The notes: generated by a model from the sequence alone, not told the origin. A stretch of 43,261 nucleotides of DNA from Promethearchaeota archaeon (GCA_016840085.1 JAEOTA010000079.1:1-43261), one strand, 5' to 3'; shown: positions 19,493 through 29,455, counted from the stretch's first letter. Numbers and translations are program-made.

Positions 19493-20281
19493 TTAATAAA
19501 TTTGTTCCAATAATCCTTGATATTTGTCAATATGTTTCTTTCTATTTTTTTCACTCAATCCATTAATATATTTCATATTCACTCTGTAATCCGAATATCT
19601 TCCTTCTGGGGGTTCTTTCAGCCACTTTTCTTTGGGATTTCTTAATCCAAAATAAAGCAATATTAAAAAAAATAAAATTAAACTAAAAAGGCTGCCTCTT
19701 GGACTCCTTGGGGATAAATTAATTGATAGATATAAATTCAAAATATGAAAAAAAATAATTATAAGGACTACAATTACCGCATAATTTCCAATTTTATACA
19801 TCTTAGTTTGACGGTATCTAGCGTCCCAATATCTACCATGATATCCATCTGTTTTATCACAATATCTATTAATAAATCGAGTGTATTTTTTTCTTCTAAA
19901 CGGATTTTTTCCCCACATTATTCCATCCCCACTCGCTATTGTATCAATTACAAAATGACCACAGTAAATCCCTACAACTGAAATCAGAGAGTAGAGGGGA
20001 TTAAAATTGATAATAATACTAACTATGAAAATAATAATAAAAGGGGAAAAAATGAGAGGAAAATGAGTAAGAGAGTTTAAATGGTGCTGATATTCCATAG
20101 TGAGCTTTAATTTCCCTTTACTTTTAAAGAAATAATATATCACGTCAAAATCGGGAAGTATAGAAAAATAAACTATTGCATTGAAATAATAACTTGGAAC
20201 TATCAGCGATTTAGTCCAAATTATATATATTACATAATAAAAAAGAATACCAAATGCACAATGATGCTCAATTCGACTCAT
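19493..20281 (-). CDS. Membrane-bound metal-dependent hydrolase (YdjM-like)
   Basis: HH near N-terminus, LPDFD, HH..SLTH, GHFVIDT and GIMW motifs with hydrophobic segments; ATG at 20281 preferred over GTG at 20314. Confidence 0.7.
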   Translation of the reverse strand: MSRIEHHCAFGILFYYVIYIIWTKSLIVPSYYFNAIVYFSILPDFDVIYYFFKSKGKLKLTMEYQHHLNSLTHFPLIFSPFIIIFIVSIIINFNPLYSLISVVGIYCGHFVIDTIASGDGIMWGKNPFRRKKYTRFINRYCDKTDGYHGRYWDARYRQTKMYKIGNYAVIVVLIIIFFHILNLYLSINLSPRSPRGSLFSLILFFLILLYFGLRNPKEKWLKEPPEGRYSDYRVNMKYINGLSEKNRKKHIDKYQGLLEQIY

Positions 20282-20542
20282 TTCATAATCCTTATAAATA
20301 TCAATCCATTCCACCAGTCTTGATGAGAACTATTCATACTGAATTAAAAAAATTATTATTATAATGAATAATTCATAACTACTTAAAAAAAAAAAGATTA
20401 AGGTGCAATTATTATATTCTTGTTATTAGACTCGGAAAAAACTCAAAAAATAACTCCTTATAAGTGTTTAGATGAAACAAGAAAGTTCTCGAAAGAAGTT
20501 TTGGCATCTTTAAATTAAAATTTTATTTAATATGTCTAATTC

Positions 20543-21160
20543 TTACTTTTTTTCATTCCAATGTACAAAAATTTGGAATTTAAAAGCTTTTCCCTTGTAT
20601 TCACCTCTATTTATAGCGGAGAATTCAAATCCATTATATTCATGCCAATAAATCGAAGCTTTATTAAATAATGGTTTTTCTACTATAAAAACAACGACAG
20701 GAGTGTCTATGTTTGCTAACGCTTCTTTAAAAATGGCAGTAGCTATTCCCTTACGTTTATATTCTGGTAAAATGCTCACTTGGTCTAAATAAGCAAATTC
20801 TGTATTCTCACTTAGGAGTAATTCTTTTGTTCTTTCATTTTCAAAAGAGAGTTGACCAATTACATCACGAACTTTCATTATGTTATACTTTTTTCTGTGA
20901 ATGCTTGCAAAACCAATAATATTTCCTTCAGTATCACTTGCAATATAAATATCAATATTAGGGTCATCGATAAGTTGTTTATAATATTTAATATCGACTT
21001 CCTTTCGTAAAAAACCTTGTTCTTCTAAGTTTTTTCTTTCTTTTCTTGAGATTTCATCAACATCTCTTATTTCAATTAGATTTTGTTTAAGTGCGTTTTG
21101 AATGCCAGGAGCATCTTCTAAACTAGCAATTCTGACATTAACGTTAAATTTCTGTGGCAT
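20543..21160 (-). CDS. GNAT family N-acetyltransferase
   Basis: VRIASLEDA, IIGFA, VSILPEYKRKGIAT (motif A) and N.AS...H...GF. Confidence 0.85.
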   Translation of the reverse strand: MPQKFNVNVRIASLEDAPGIQNALKQNLIEIRDVDEISRKERKNLEEQGFLRKEVDIKYYKQLIDDPNIDIYIASDTEGNIIGFASIHRKKYNIMKVRDVIGQLSFENERTKELLLSENTEFAYLDQVSILPEYKRKGIATAIFKEALANIDTPVVVFIVEKPLFNKASIYWHEYNGFEFSAINRGEYKGKAFKFQIFVHWNEKK

Positions 21161-21444
21161 GATGATATATAATCTCCCAATATATAACTAATAGTTATGG
21201 TCATCTTTGTAATAGAATTATATTTGCTTTTCAAAAAAATCAGATTATTTTATTTTTTAAGAAGCATAGTATATATTAAGAATTATTAAGGGATATTTAT
21301 GATATATTCAACATCAGAAGAGGAATATACATTTAAGGTAACTCTAGTTTTTTGGAAATTCTATGAAATAGGAAAATATTATGAATTGCCAGAATTATGA
21401 AAATTAATAGATAAATTTTAAATATCAAAAAAGACGGGTTAAAT

Positions 21445-22593
21445 GTGGTTGATTATATTAAACTAGAGGGTAATCGTGTTGAAAGAGGTTTCCAACAGGG
21501 AAATTTTTTGAAAGATAAAATTCATAGCATGTTTGATATTGTTTTTCACTCAGAAATGTTTTCTGAAGTAACCTCTAAATTTATTCCTCTCTCCATAATT
21601 AAGCTTGGATTGGGTGTTATGGGTAAAAAGAATTTGAAAAAGGCTTTGCAAGAGCATCTACCAAATCAGTTTAACAGGATGAAAGCATTGTGTAAGGGAG
21701 CGGGGATGAAAGAACTAATAATTTATGGAGCTCATTTTTTAGAAGTTATGTCAGGAGACCCCAAATCTATGTATAAGAACCCTCCAGTGCCAGCATGTTC
21801 AATGATATTTGCCCTCCCAGAAGCTACTTTAGATAAGACGATGATATTTGGACGAAACTATGATTTTCCTAATGTTCTCCAACCATTCCAAGTAGTTCGC
21901 AAAGAAATACCTGACGATGGTTATAAAAATCTGAATTTCACTCAATATCCTCTTATAGGCTGTCATATGGGAATTAATGAAAAAGGTTTAGCAATTGGTT
22001 ATAATTATGGTCGCTCTTGGAAAAAAAAGCCGCTTGATTTTAGGTTAAAAGGTGTTCCTGGTACCTTTATAGTACAAAACGTTTTAGAAACATGTGCGAA
22101 TACCCAAGAAGCTGTTGATTTTATTACTAAATTCAGTGCGCGCTCAAATGGATGCCATTATGGACTCATAGATGTTTCTGGAGATTTATGTGTAGTTGAA
22201 ACTACAAGCACTCGCTATGCAATTCGCAACCCTGTCGATGGGATTTTAGCACACACTAACCATTATCAGACAGAAATTCTTAAAGATGCGAATCTACCTG
22301 ATTATGTTCGATTCAAAATGGATGACATGGATATAAGTCCTATTGAATCTCCGATAAGACGTTATAAGAGAGAAATTGAGTTATTAAAAAAATATCGTGG
22401 CAAAATTTCTATGGATATAATTAAAAGCATTTTAAGTGATCATGATAATAGAGACCCTGATGATTTCACAGTCTGTACTCATGGACCCTCTGCGGGAACC
22501 TTGGGATCAATAATTGTTCTCCCAACTAAAAAGGAATTCTGGGTTACTGATAATCATCCATGTAGTTCTGAATATGAGAAATTTAAATTATAA
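21445..22593 (+). CDS. Peptidase C45 family autoproteolytic acyltransferase/hydrolase (Ntn fold)
   Basis: ERGFQQG, AC|S nucleophile site, GRNYD, GINEKGL and HTNHY motifs. Confidence 0.85.
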   Translation: MVDYIKLEGNRVERGFQQGNFLKDKIHSMFDIVFHSEMFSEVTSKFIPLSIIKLGLGVMGKKNLKKALQEHLPNQFNRMKALCKGAGMKELIIYGAHFLEVMSGDPKSMYKNPPVPACSMIFALPEATLDKTMIFGRNYDFPNVLQPFQVVRKEIPDDGYKNLNFTQYPLIGCHMGINEKGLAIGYNYGRSWKKKPLDFRLKGVPGTFIVQNVLETCANTQEAVDFITKFSARSNGCHYGLIDVSGDLCVVETTSTRYAIRNPVDGILAHTNHYQTEILKDANLPDYVRFKMDDMDISPIESPIRRYKREIELLKKYRGKISMDIIKSILSDHDNRDPDDFTVCTHGPSAGTLGSIIVLPTKKEFWVTDNHPCSSEYEKFKL

Positions 22594-22712
22594 TAAAAAA
22601 AGCATAAAAATAATAATACTTTAATATCTCGTTCTTGTTGCTAAAAATTTTATCTAAATATGTTTTTTTATTGAATTAAGTTCTAATATTTAACAGTTAA
22701 TAATAATCGAAG

Positions 22713-22747
22713 AAACTGATAATAGAAAAACCGATAACTATTAAATA
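22713..22747 (+). promoter_or_regulatory. Candidate archaeal promoter (BRE/TATA-like) with AAACYGATAA direct repeat
   Basis: AAACTGATAA (22713) and AAACCGATAA (22728) followed by TATTAAATA, upstream of the 7TM gene. Confidence 0.35.
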
Positions 22748-22793
22748 TTCACATATTAAATAATTATAAAGTAGTATTTTTTATGTACTCTCA

Positions 22794-23549
22794 GTGAGGT
22801 TTATGTTAATGGTTGAATTGGACTTTTTAACTCAATTATCAGGAATTTTTGGATTTGTTTCCGTTAGCTTGGCATGGTTATATGGAGGAATTGCTCTATA
22901 TAAAGCAATAAAATTTAAGGAAAAGATGCTTTATTTTTTCTTCCTTGCTGTAATATTTACTATCTCACCTTGGTATCCAAGTGGTTTAGGTTATATGTAT
23001 TGGTTATTTACTCGCGGTGAAATAATTTATCCTGTTTATGTCTTATTAGGTACCATTGGTGTGCCTATTGCTTTATATTCTTGGTTACAAATATATATGC
23101 CCGCTTTGCATCCTAAACAGAAGAAACTTGTTACAATAATTACAATAGCTATTTCAATAGCATTTTACATATATATATTTGTTTTCCTCTTTGCTTTAGG
23201 TGATCCAGTAAAAGATTTAATAGGTATTCAAAGAAACCCAATCGACATTGATTATAAAGGTTTTGTGTTGGTTTTTCTTGCATTTTCTCTAATAATAAGT
23301 ACAGTTACTGGCAATGATTTTTCTATTACTTCACTAAAAGTAAAAGATAACCCGGAAATTAAATGGAAAGGTAGGTTTTTAATACTGTCATTTAATTTAT
23401 TTGCTATTGGTGCTATAGGAGATGGATTTTTACCGTTGAATCCTATTACTTTGGTTATTTTCAGAACCTTTATGATGTTTTCAAGTTTGTTCTATTATAT
23501 CGGTTTTATCATGCCCAAATGGATGAAAAAAATGCTTGGTTTAGAATAA
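22794..23549 (+). CDS. Stand-alone 7-transmembrane protein
   Basis: Seven hydrophobic segments, basic loop IKWKGRF before TM6, C-terminal GFIMPKW; no attached soluble domain. Confidence 0.75.
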   Translation: MRFMLMVELDFLTQLSGIFGFVSVSLAWLYGGIALYKAIKFKEKMLYFFFLAVIFTISPWYPSGLGYMYWLFTRGEIIYPVYVLLGTIGVPIALYSWLQIYMPALHPKQKKLVTIITIAISIAFYIYIFVFLFALGDPVKDLIGIQRNPIDIDYKGFVLVFLAFSLIISTVTGNDFSITSLKVKDNPEIKWKGRFLILSFNLFAIGAIGDGFLPLNPITLVIFRTFMMFSSLFYYIGFIMPKWMKKMLGLE

Positions 23550-23565
23550 TTAACATTTTCTTTTT

Positions 23566-24492
23566 TTATTTATAATTTATAATAAGAACTGCTACTAAAA
23601 CAATAACACCGCCTATGATATTCCATAGAACAATAGTTTCAGTTCTCTGAAGTAAAAACGAAAAAAACAGTGTAAGAAAAGGTTCAATATATAAAAATGA
23701 AGCTGCTTTAGAGGATTTTAAATTTTTTTGTGAGTTCTGCCATACATAATAACCTAAGACATAACATCCTAAACCTAAATATAAAGCAGATAAAAATAAT
23801 GCGATATTTAAGAAATTAATAAAGAATACTACAAGTTCTCCATTAATTAACACAAAAATAGTTAATTCAATAAAACCTAGATATGAAATGTACTTATTTA
23901 ATACGTTGCTTGAACGATTTTTGGTTAATTTTTTTGTTATTGTTGAATAAATTGCCCATAAAAAAGGGGTTAAAAGAGCAAGTAAATAGCCAAGAAAATT
24001 GGGAGATGTAGGAGTTAAAGTTTCCAAATTACCGCCTGTCACTAAAAGAAAACCACCTAATGTTGCAATAACAAATCCTATCACCTTTAGGATATTTAAT
24101 TTTTCATTAAAAAGGAACAATGCTAAGATAGTTATTGCTACAGGAGCTAATAAGCATACAAACAAAGCAGGAAGCGATGGACCAATTATTTCAATAGCAG
24201 TATATTGAGCAAGAAAAAAAATTGATACTCCTGTAAAACTTGCAAGTACGAGCAATATCCATTCATTTCTCGAGAATTTTATTTTTTCGCTACTATTATT
24301 ATACTCCTTCAATTTTTTCTTTCTACTTAATTTTACATAAATATCAATGATTAAAAATGATGCAGATGCGATAATAAATCGATATAACGCAAGTGATAAG
24401 GGTGGAATAAATTGGACAGCAATATCTACCAAAACGAATGAAAAACTCCAAATTATAATCATAATAACTAATTCTAAATAGATTATTAACAT
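23566..24492 (-). CDS. DMT/EamA family transporter
   Basis: IWSFSF..V, P..LALYRF, WAIYS and YIEP motifs; about 10 TM in two repeats. Confidence 0.9.
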   Translation of the reverse strand: MLIIYLELVIMIIIWSFSFVLVDIAVQFIPPLSLALYRFIIASASFLIIDIYVKLSRKKKLKEYNNSSEKIKFSRNEWILLVLASFTGVSIFFLAQYTAIEIIGPSLPALFVCLLAPVAITILALFLFNEKLNILKVIGFVIATLGGFLLVTGGNLETLTPTSPNFLGYLLALLTPFLWAIYSTITKKLTKNRSSNVLNKYISYLGFIELTIFVLINGELVVFFINFLNIALFLSALYLGLGCYVLGYYVWQNSQKNLKSSKAASFLYIEPFLTLFFSFLLQRTETIVLWNIIGGVIVLVAVLIINYK

Positions 24493-24585
24493 AGTATCAA
24501 TTTAAATTTAAGTCAATATTGCATTAAAAAATCCCACTAAAATTATTTATTAATAATAATAAATTAAGAACAGTAATAACTATTT

Positions 24586-25188
24586 TTGGAAAGATATAGC
24601 TTGAAGAAAATAAGCTATAGTTTAAGGATTGGAATTGTTGGCGGTAAAGATACAAAGAAAGAGATTTTTTTAGATAATGTCAAAGAAATTGCTATTGATT
24701 CAAAATCTTTTGAAGAATACTTTGAATTTTTCTTAGTTTTCAAGCAAATTCCAATTAAGATGAAGATATTTTTAGTAGCAAATATAGATCAATTAATTTA
24801 TAATTATAATAAAATTGAGAACCTTGATGTGTTAATTCTTGCTATGAATTTAAATGATTCAAACTCAGTTCATGATTATAGTGAAGAATCAATGAAAGAA
24901 TTTAATGAAGTTTATTCATTTCAAGGTTTATCCGTTCTTGTGGGCATGGATATTTCTCAAATATTCAAGATCCCCCCACTTAATAGTTTAAGGATTAGTA
25001 GATATAATTTAAAAAAAAAAACAAAAGAACTTGATCTAATTTATTGCTTTGAAATCTATAATAAAGCTGAAGATATAACTGAGATTTACAATAAAATTCT
25101 TGATGATTTTATTTTTAGATTCCAATATTCAAATCCCGAATTGTATGAACAAGCACAAAAATATGGAATAGAACTATTAAAAGAATAA
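24586..25188 (+). CDS. Degenerate small-GTPase-fold (Ras/Rab-like) protein
   Basis: LRIGIVGGKDTKKE (G1-like), IKMKIF, DVLILAMNLND.NS, VLVGMD (G4-like) and CFEI...EDITEIY (G5-like); 200 aa. Confidence 0.6.
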   Translation: MERYSLKKISYSLRIGIVGGKDTKKEIFLDNVKEIAIDSKSFEEYFEFFLVFKQIPIKMKIFLVANIDQLIYNYNKIENLDVLILAMNLNDSNSVHDYSEESMKEFNEVYSFQGLSVLVGMDISQIFKIPPLNSLRISRYNLKKKTKELDLIYCFEIYNKAEDITEIYNKILDDFIFRFQYSNPELYEQAQKYGIELLKE

Positions 25189-25209
25189 ACAAACTTAAAT
25201 TTGTATCTA

Positions 25210-25218
25210 TTTTTTTTT
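25210..25218 (+). terminator. Oligo-T tract, candidate archaeal terminator
   Basis: T9 run starting 22 nt after the stop at 25188. Confidence 0.35.
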
Positions 25219-25321
25219 AAAGTATTTGAAGGGATAATTTGCTAGAAATTCATGTAAAAGAGAAAAGTTATAAAAACAATATAATACAATTTAAACTATA
25301 AGTAGTACTTTAACGAAGTAG

Positions 25322-25531
25322 GTGTTGAAATTTAAGATGGAAGAAAAACCAGATGAGATACTAACTATTGAAAAAATTGAAGGGCGTCGGAAGTGCCCCT
25401 CTTGTGGAGAGGAGAATAAGAATATGATACATGAATCTGTTGATAAAACAAGAATCATAAATGATTACCCTCGTGTTTATGGTAATAAATATAGATGCGG
25501 TCAGTGTGGTACTGAGTGGCGGGAAAAGTAA
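25322..25531 (+). CDS. Small zinc-ribbon protein
   Basis: CPSCG...CGQCG..W; the true start may be ATG at 25337. Confidence 0.75.
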   Translation: MLKFKMEEKPDEILTIEKIEGRRKCPSCGEENKNMIHESVDKTRIINDYPRVYGNKYRCGQCGTEWREK

Positions 25532-25715
25532 TTGTATAATCTCTAATTCCATTTTGCGATTTTATAGCTGTAATAAGAGATAGAATGAAATTTTAGTTTC
25601 ATGAAGAGAAATTAAAAATAACCTTTAAACAACAAAATAATAAATATAAAATGATAAATTGTTACATTAACAAAATATTATTTAAAATTAAATTATGATT
25701 TAATGTGTAGTTAAT

Positions 25716-26435
25716 ATGACTCTATATCAAATGACAATAACCAGAGCATTAACAGTATATGTGGTTCAAGGGCTTGTATGCGTTTTTTTTATATTTTTAG
25801 CATACAAAATTCTAAAAAGAGACAGGAAAAGATTAAACATAATCTTCTCAGGATTCTATTTATCTGCAGCATTTGGATTATTTGTGAATTTTATTTACGC
25901 CCCACTCGATAACGTAAATGTTATTTTATTTTTAAACTATATAACAAATTTTGGGATTTTCTATTCAACAATTTTCCTTGTAGTTTTTAACGTAATACTC
26001 TTAAAATCAGAAAAAGTCATTACACCCCTCAAACAATTAGCAATTTTCATAGTGTATGGTATTGCTATGTTTTGTATGATCTTTTTTGTCTATGTTGAAG
26101 GATGGGGTGTAGAGATTGATCCAGAAAGTTGGAGTCCGCATTGGATGCTTCCTTTCTTCCTCTACCTGTTAATTATTGAATCTATCGCTACTGGCTTCTT
26201 TTTCTACTTTTCATTCTTGATATTTAAAAAATTTGAAGATGAGCAATTAAAAAAAAAGTGGAAATTTTTTATATTCGGAGCTGTTGCCCTAATAACCTTT
26301 ATGTATGGGATTTTTGTATCGAATTTTTTGAATGATCCAACATTTAGATTAATAATGGGAGCAATAGGTTTAATTTTAGCTATTGCTGGGGGATATTTAA
26401 TGTATATCGGTGTAGGACGCCAATTAGAGAAATAA
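25716..26435 (+). CDS. Stand-alone 7-transmembrane protein (HisKA_7TM-like sensor fold)
   Basis: Seven hydrophobic segments; basic LKKKWKFF loop before TM6. Confidence 0.75.
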   Translation: MTLYQMTITRALTVYVVQGLVCVFFIFLAYKILKRDRKRLNIIFSGFYLSAAFGLFVNFIYAPLDNVNVILFLNYITNFGIFYSTIFLVVFNVILLKSEKVITPLKQLAIFIVYGIAMFCMIFFVYVEGWGVEIDPESWSPHWMLPFFLYLLIIESIATGFFFYFSFLIFKKFEDEQLKKKWKFFIFGAVALITFMYGIFVSNFLNDPTFRLIMGAIGLILAIAGGYLMYIGVGRQLEK

Positions 26436-26442
26436 ATTCTAA

Positions 26443-26457
26443 TTTTTTTTATTTTTT
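26443..26457 (+). terminator. Oligo-T tract, candidate archaeal terminator
   Basis: T8-A-T6 just after the stop at 26435. Confidence 0.35.
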
Positions 26458-26593
26458 ATTAACTTCAATCATATTAAATTTTATTTTGTCTAATTAACAT
26501 TATTATATATAATTAGATTCAAAATTAGCATTAAAACTAGAAGTTTCTAAGAGAATAATTTCCCTTCTTAACTCTTAAAATTGTGTTAAATGT

Positions 26594-26941
26594 ATGATGG
26601 AAGAATTAGTTCGTGTGAGAGGAATTGGCCTTACTGCAGCAGAACGATTAGTAAATGCAGGTATTAAGTCCATAGAAGAAATTGCTAAATCTAAGCCTGA
26701 AGAATTAGCTTGGATTAAGGGTATAGGTATGATATCTGCGGGTCAAATTATTCAAAATGCTAATGAATTACTTAATTTAGAGAAAGGTATACAAAAAGTA
26801 TTAAATTCGATTAAAGAAAATTTTGCTAAAAGTTGCCCTAAATGTGGAGGGGACATGAAAGAAAAACTTATTATTTTAGGACCAGAAAGGAGATTACGAG
26901 CAAACCAATGTGCATTATGTAAATTTTATATGCCAATATAA
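26594..26941 (+). CDS. Helix-hairpin-helix protein with C-terminal zinc ribbon
   Basis: Tandem HhH motifs VRGIG...AERL and IKGIG; CPKCG...CALC. Confidence 0.8.
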   Translation: MMEELVRVRGIGLTAAERLVNAGIKSIEEIAKSKPEELAWIKGIGMISAGQIIQNANELLNLEKGIQKVLNSIKENFAKSCPKCGGDMKEKLIILGPERRLRANQCALCKFYMPI

Positions 26942-27043
26942 ACATTATTATTGTAGATTAATCTAAATAAAACTTTTTTTATATACATACAAAAAAAATC
27001 CTGATAATTATATAACTTAAAGAACAAAATAAATTGATGTATC

Positions 27044-28024
27044 TTGTTAAAAGAGGATGAAATTTATAAGGAGGACATAAAAGAAATAAAATTGATTTGT
27101 CCTAAATGTCATGCGACAAAATTAGTGAAAGTACCTAAAAAAATGGTGCAAAAGTCAAAAACCCTATTGACAATTTCAGTTCCTTCAAATTATATGTGCG
27201 AACATGGCTTTCAAGCATATATAGATAGATGGTTCTCTGTTAGAGGTTATCAAAATGCTGATCTTGAACTAACAAATCTAGAAATTTATGAAACAGGAAG
27301 TAAAAATATTGATGATATTGCTACTTATGTTGTGTCTTTAGTCATTAAAAAAATCGCTACTAATTTAAAGAATGATGAGGAAGATGGAGTAATTTTGGGC
27401 GGCACTCTCTTTAATCAAAAAGGAAATGTATTACATTTTTCCTTACCAGATGAAATCTTTCTTAATATTATACATCAATTTGAGCTTCAAAAAGAAGATC
27501 ATGATATCAAACTGAAAAAAATGATCTTTGAATTGGAAAATAATCAAAAAATATTTACCGAATTTCTAAAAGTGGAAGATACCACTCTAACTATTGTTAT
27601 TCTTTTTCCCGCTGTTGTTAGTATCAGGGATGCAGAGTCGTATCTAAATGATTTTAAAAAAACCGTTATGGAATATGAGGATCCTATAGAATTAAAAAAG
27701 AAAGAGCAATTAAAAATGAAAAGAATAGAGGAAGCCCAAAAACGAAAGGTTGAGCCTAAAGCACCATCAAATTTTTGGGTTTATTCTAGAATAACTAGTG
27801 AAGTACCTTTGGAAAATTTAGACCGAATTTACATTAATAAGTTAGGAATCGAAATTGATAAAAAGAATATCTTAAATCTAGAGGAAATTATAGAATTTAG
27901 CAAAAATAATCCATTTGAAGGAAAAATTTATTTCTCTGATAATTTTATAAATTTAATGGAAGGTTTAGCGTTAACCATGAAAGATGCGTCAGTATTATTA
28001 AGTAAATTAAATAAAAAAACATGA
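27044..28024 (+). CDS. Zn-binding N-terminal domain plus roadblock/longin-like central domain protein
   Basis: CPKC...CEH.FQAYID N-terminus; ILGGTLFNQKGNVLHFSLP beta-hairpin pattern. Confidence 0.55.
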   Translation: MLKEDEIYKEDIKEIKLICPKCHATKLVKVPKKMVQKSKTLLTISVPSNYMCEHGFQAYIDRWFSVRGYQNADLELTNLEIYETGSKNIDDIATYVVSLVIKKIATNLKNDEEDGVILGGTLFNQKGNVLHFSLPDEIFLNIIHQFELQKEDHDIKLKKMIFELENNQKIFTEFLKVEDTTLTIVILFPAVVSIRDAESYLNDFKKTVMEYEDPIELKKKEQLKMKRIEEAQKRKVEPKAPSNFWVYSRITSEVPLENLDRIYINKLGIEIDKKNILNLEEIIEFSKNNPFEGKIYFSDNFINLMEGLALTMKDASVLLSKLNKKT

Positions 28025-28049
28025 TAAGAATTATTTCTTTTAATATATT

Positions 28050-29024
28050 TTAAATTCTTAACCAAAATGTAAAAAGAAAAACATAAGATAAGAAATAAAG
28101 CGAAATAAATAAAATACCGGCTTTTTTATCAATCTTTTTTCTTACTGCAACGACAGTAATCACTATAAAGCTAGCTATTAGTGTGTAAAGCACAGTTGGA
28201 ACAGCAAGAGCAGCGGTAACAGGATTTGGATTTTGATTGAAAACCAGCTGTCCAATACCAATGGATAAAGTGGAATCAACGATACAACTTCCAATAATAT
28301 CTCCAATTGCAATATCATGATGCTTTAATCTTAACGCGTTGACATCAACTGCTAATTCTGGCAAGGAAGTTCCTACAGCTACAATAAAAAAACTGATAAT
28401 ATACTCATGTACTCCTACGGCTTCTGAAAGTACTATTACCGAATCAACAATCATGAATGAGCCTAATGTAACTCCCCCAAAGCCCAAACTGGCAATTAAT
28501 AAATGGAATTTTTTGCTTTTTGGAGCCTTGATTCTTTGAATCATCTCTACTCTTTGTAAAACACTTTCTTTATTAGCATTATATATTAGCCAGATATAGA
28601 TTCCTAGACTTCCAACCATAAATATTGCATTTAACCGTGTAATGTATCCCTTTTCTACAATTGAAAAAATTAATAATAATGATAAAATTTCACATGACCC
28701 TAAGATTATGATATCTTTTCTGCGTGTATAAATAACTCCGGTAAGTATGGGCAGTAATCCAAATATTAAAGTAAGTTGAGTGAGATCTGACCCAACAGAG
28801 TCACCTACATCGATATCTCCATGACCTAGAGCACATGATATAAGAGAATTAAAGATCTCTGAAATATCCGTTCCAATTGAAACTAAAGTAACACCAATTA
28901 CTAATGGTGAGACACCTAAAGCAGCCGCAAGAATAGCAGAATGTTTAACCGCTTTTATACTTGAAAAAATGACTAGTGGTAATCCACCAATGAGCATAAG
29001 AATTGCTATGATTATCTCAAACAT
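28050..29024 (-). CDS. Ca2+:cation antiporter (CaCA, YrbG-like)
   Basis: Alpha repeats GTDISE...GDSVGS and GTSLPE...GDIIGS. Confidence 0.9.
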   Translation of the reverse strand: MFEIIIAILMLIGGLPLVIFSSIKAVKHSAILAAALGVSPLVIGVTLVSIGTDISEIFNSLISCALGHGDIDVGDSVGSDLTQLTLIFGLLPILTGVIYTRRKDIIILGSCEILSLLLIFSIVEKGYITRLNAIFMVGSLGIYIWLIYNANKESVLQRVEMIQRIKAPKSKKFHLLIASLGFGGVTLGSFMIVDSVIVLSEAVGVHEYIISFFIVAVGTSLPELAVDVNALRLKHHDIAIGDIIGSCIVDSTLSIGIGQLVFNQNPNPVTAALAVPTVLYTLIASFIVITVVAVRKKIDKKAGILFISLYFLSYVFLFTFWLRI

Positions 29025-29218
29025 TTTTTTACTTATACTAGATTACTTAAACTTTATTTTTTATTCAGATTACATCTGAAAAGAAGATTCCACGAAAATA
29101 AATACTGCTTTTATCTATCTAAGATAAATTAAGATTATATTTTGGTATTATATAAACTATTTACTATGATAATTTCTTCTAGTTTTAATAAATGTTAAAT
29201 GAATATATATATAAAATT

Positions 29219-29255
29219 ATCCATTTTTTATCCAGAATCATCCATAATAAATCCA
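29219..29255. repeat. Four phased ATCCA boxes (spacing 11/10/11 bp)
   Basis: ATCCA at 29219, 29230, 29240 and 29251. Confidence 0.6.
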
Positions 29256-29299
29256 TAAATTATAAAAATATTAAATAAAATTATGAAATAATTTATATT

Positions 29300-29455
29300 A
29301 TGGATAATGAAAAACATGAATTCCATATTGCTATCGAGAAAGATCTTTTTGATAAGTTAGAATCTATTAAAGAGTATCATGGAATAAAAAATATCACCGA
29401 AATAATTAGATTTTTAATCACTAAGGAATATAGAAAAATAAACAAATCGAATTAG
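29300..29455 (+). CDS. Ribbon-helix-helix DNA-binding protein (51 aa, absent from ORF track)
   Basis: MDNEKHEFHIAIEKDLFDKLESIKEYHGIKNITEIIRFLITKEYRKINKSN: alternating beta strand, helix, G-turn, TEIIR helix. Confidence 0.7.
   Translation: MDNEKHEFHIAIEKDLFDKLESIKEYHGIKNITEIIRFLITKEYRKINKSN

Noticed and set aside
20282-20314. GTG start at 20314 for the YdjM-like gene
   Set aside because: ATG at 20281 places the HH motif at the N-terminus as typical for the family; the extension has no support.
22794-26435. 7TM proteins as rhodopsins or true GPCRs
   Set aside because: No retinal-binding Lys in TM7 and no DRY/NPxxY motifs; only the topology is shared.
26954-26965. 12-bp palindrome TAGATTAATCTA
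   Set aside because: Short and AT-rich; expected by chance at this composition.
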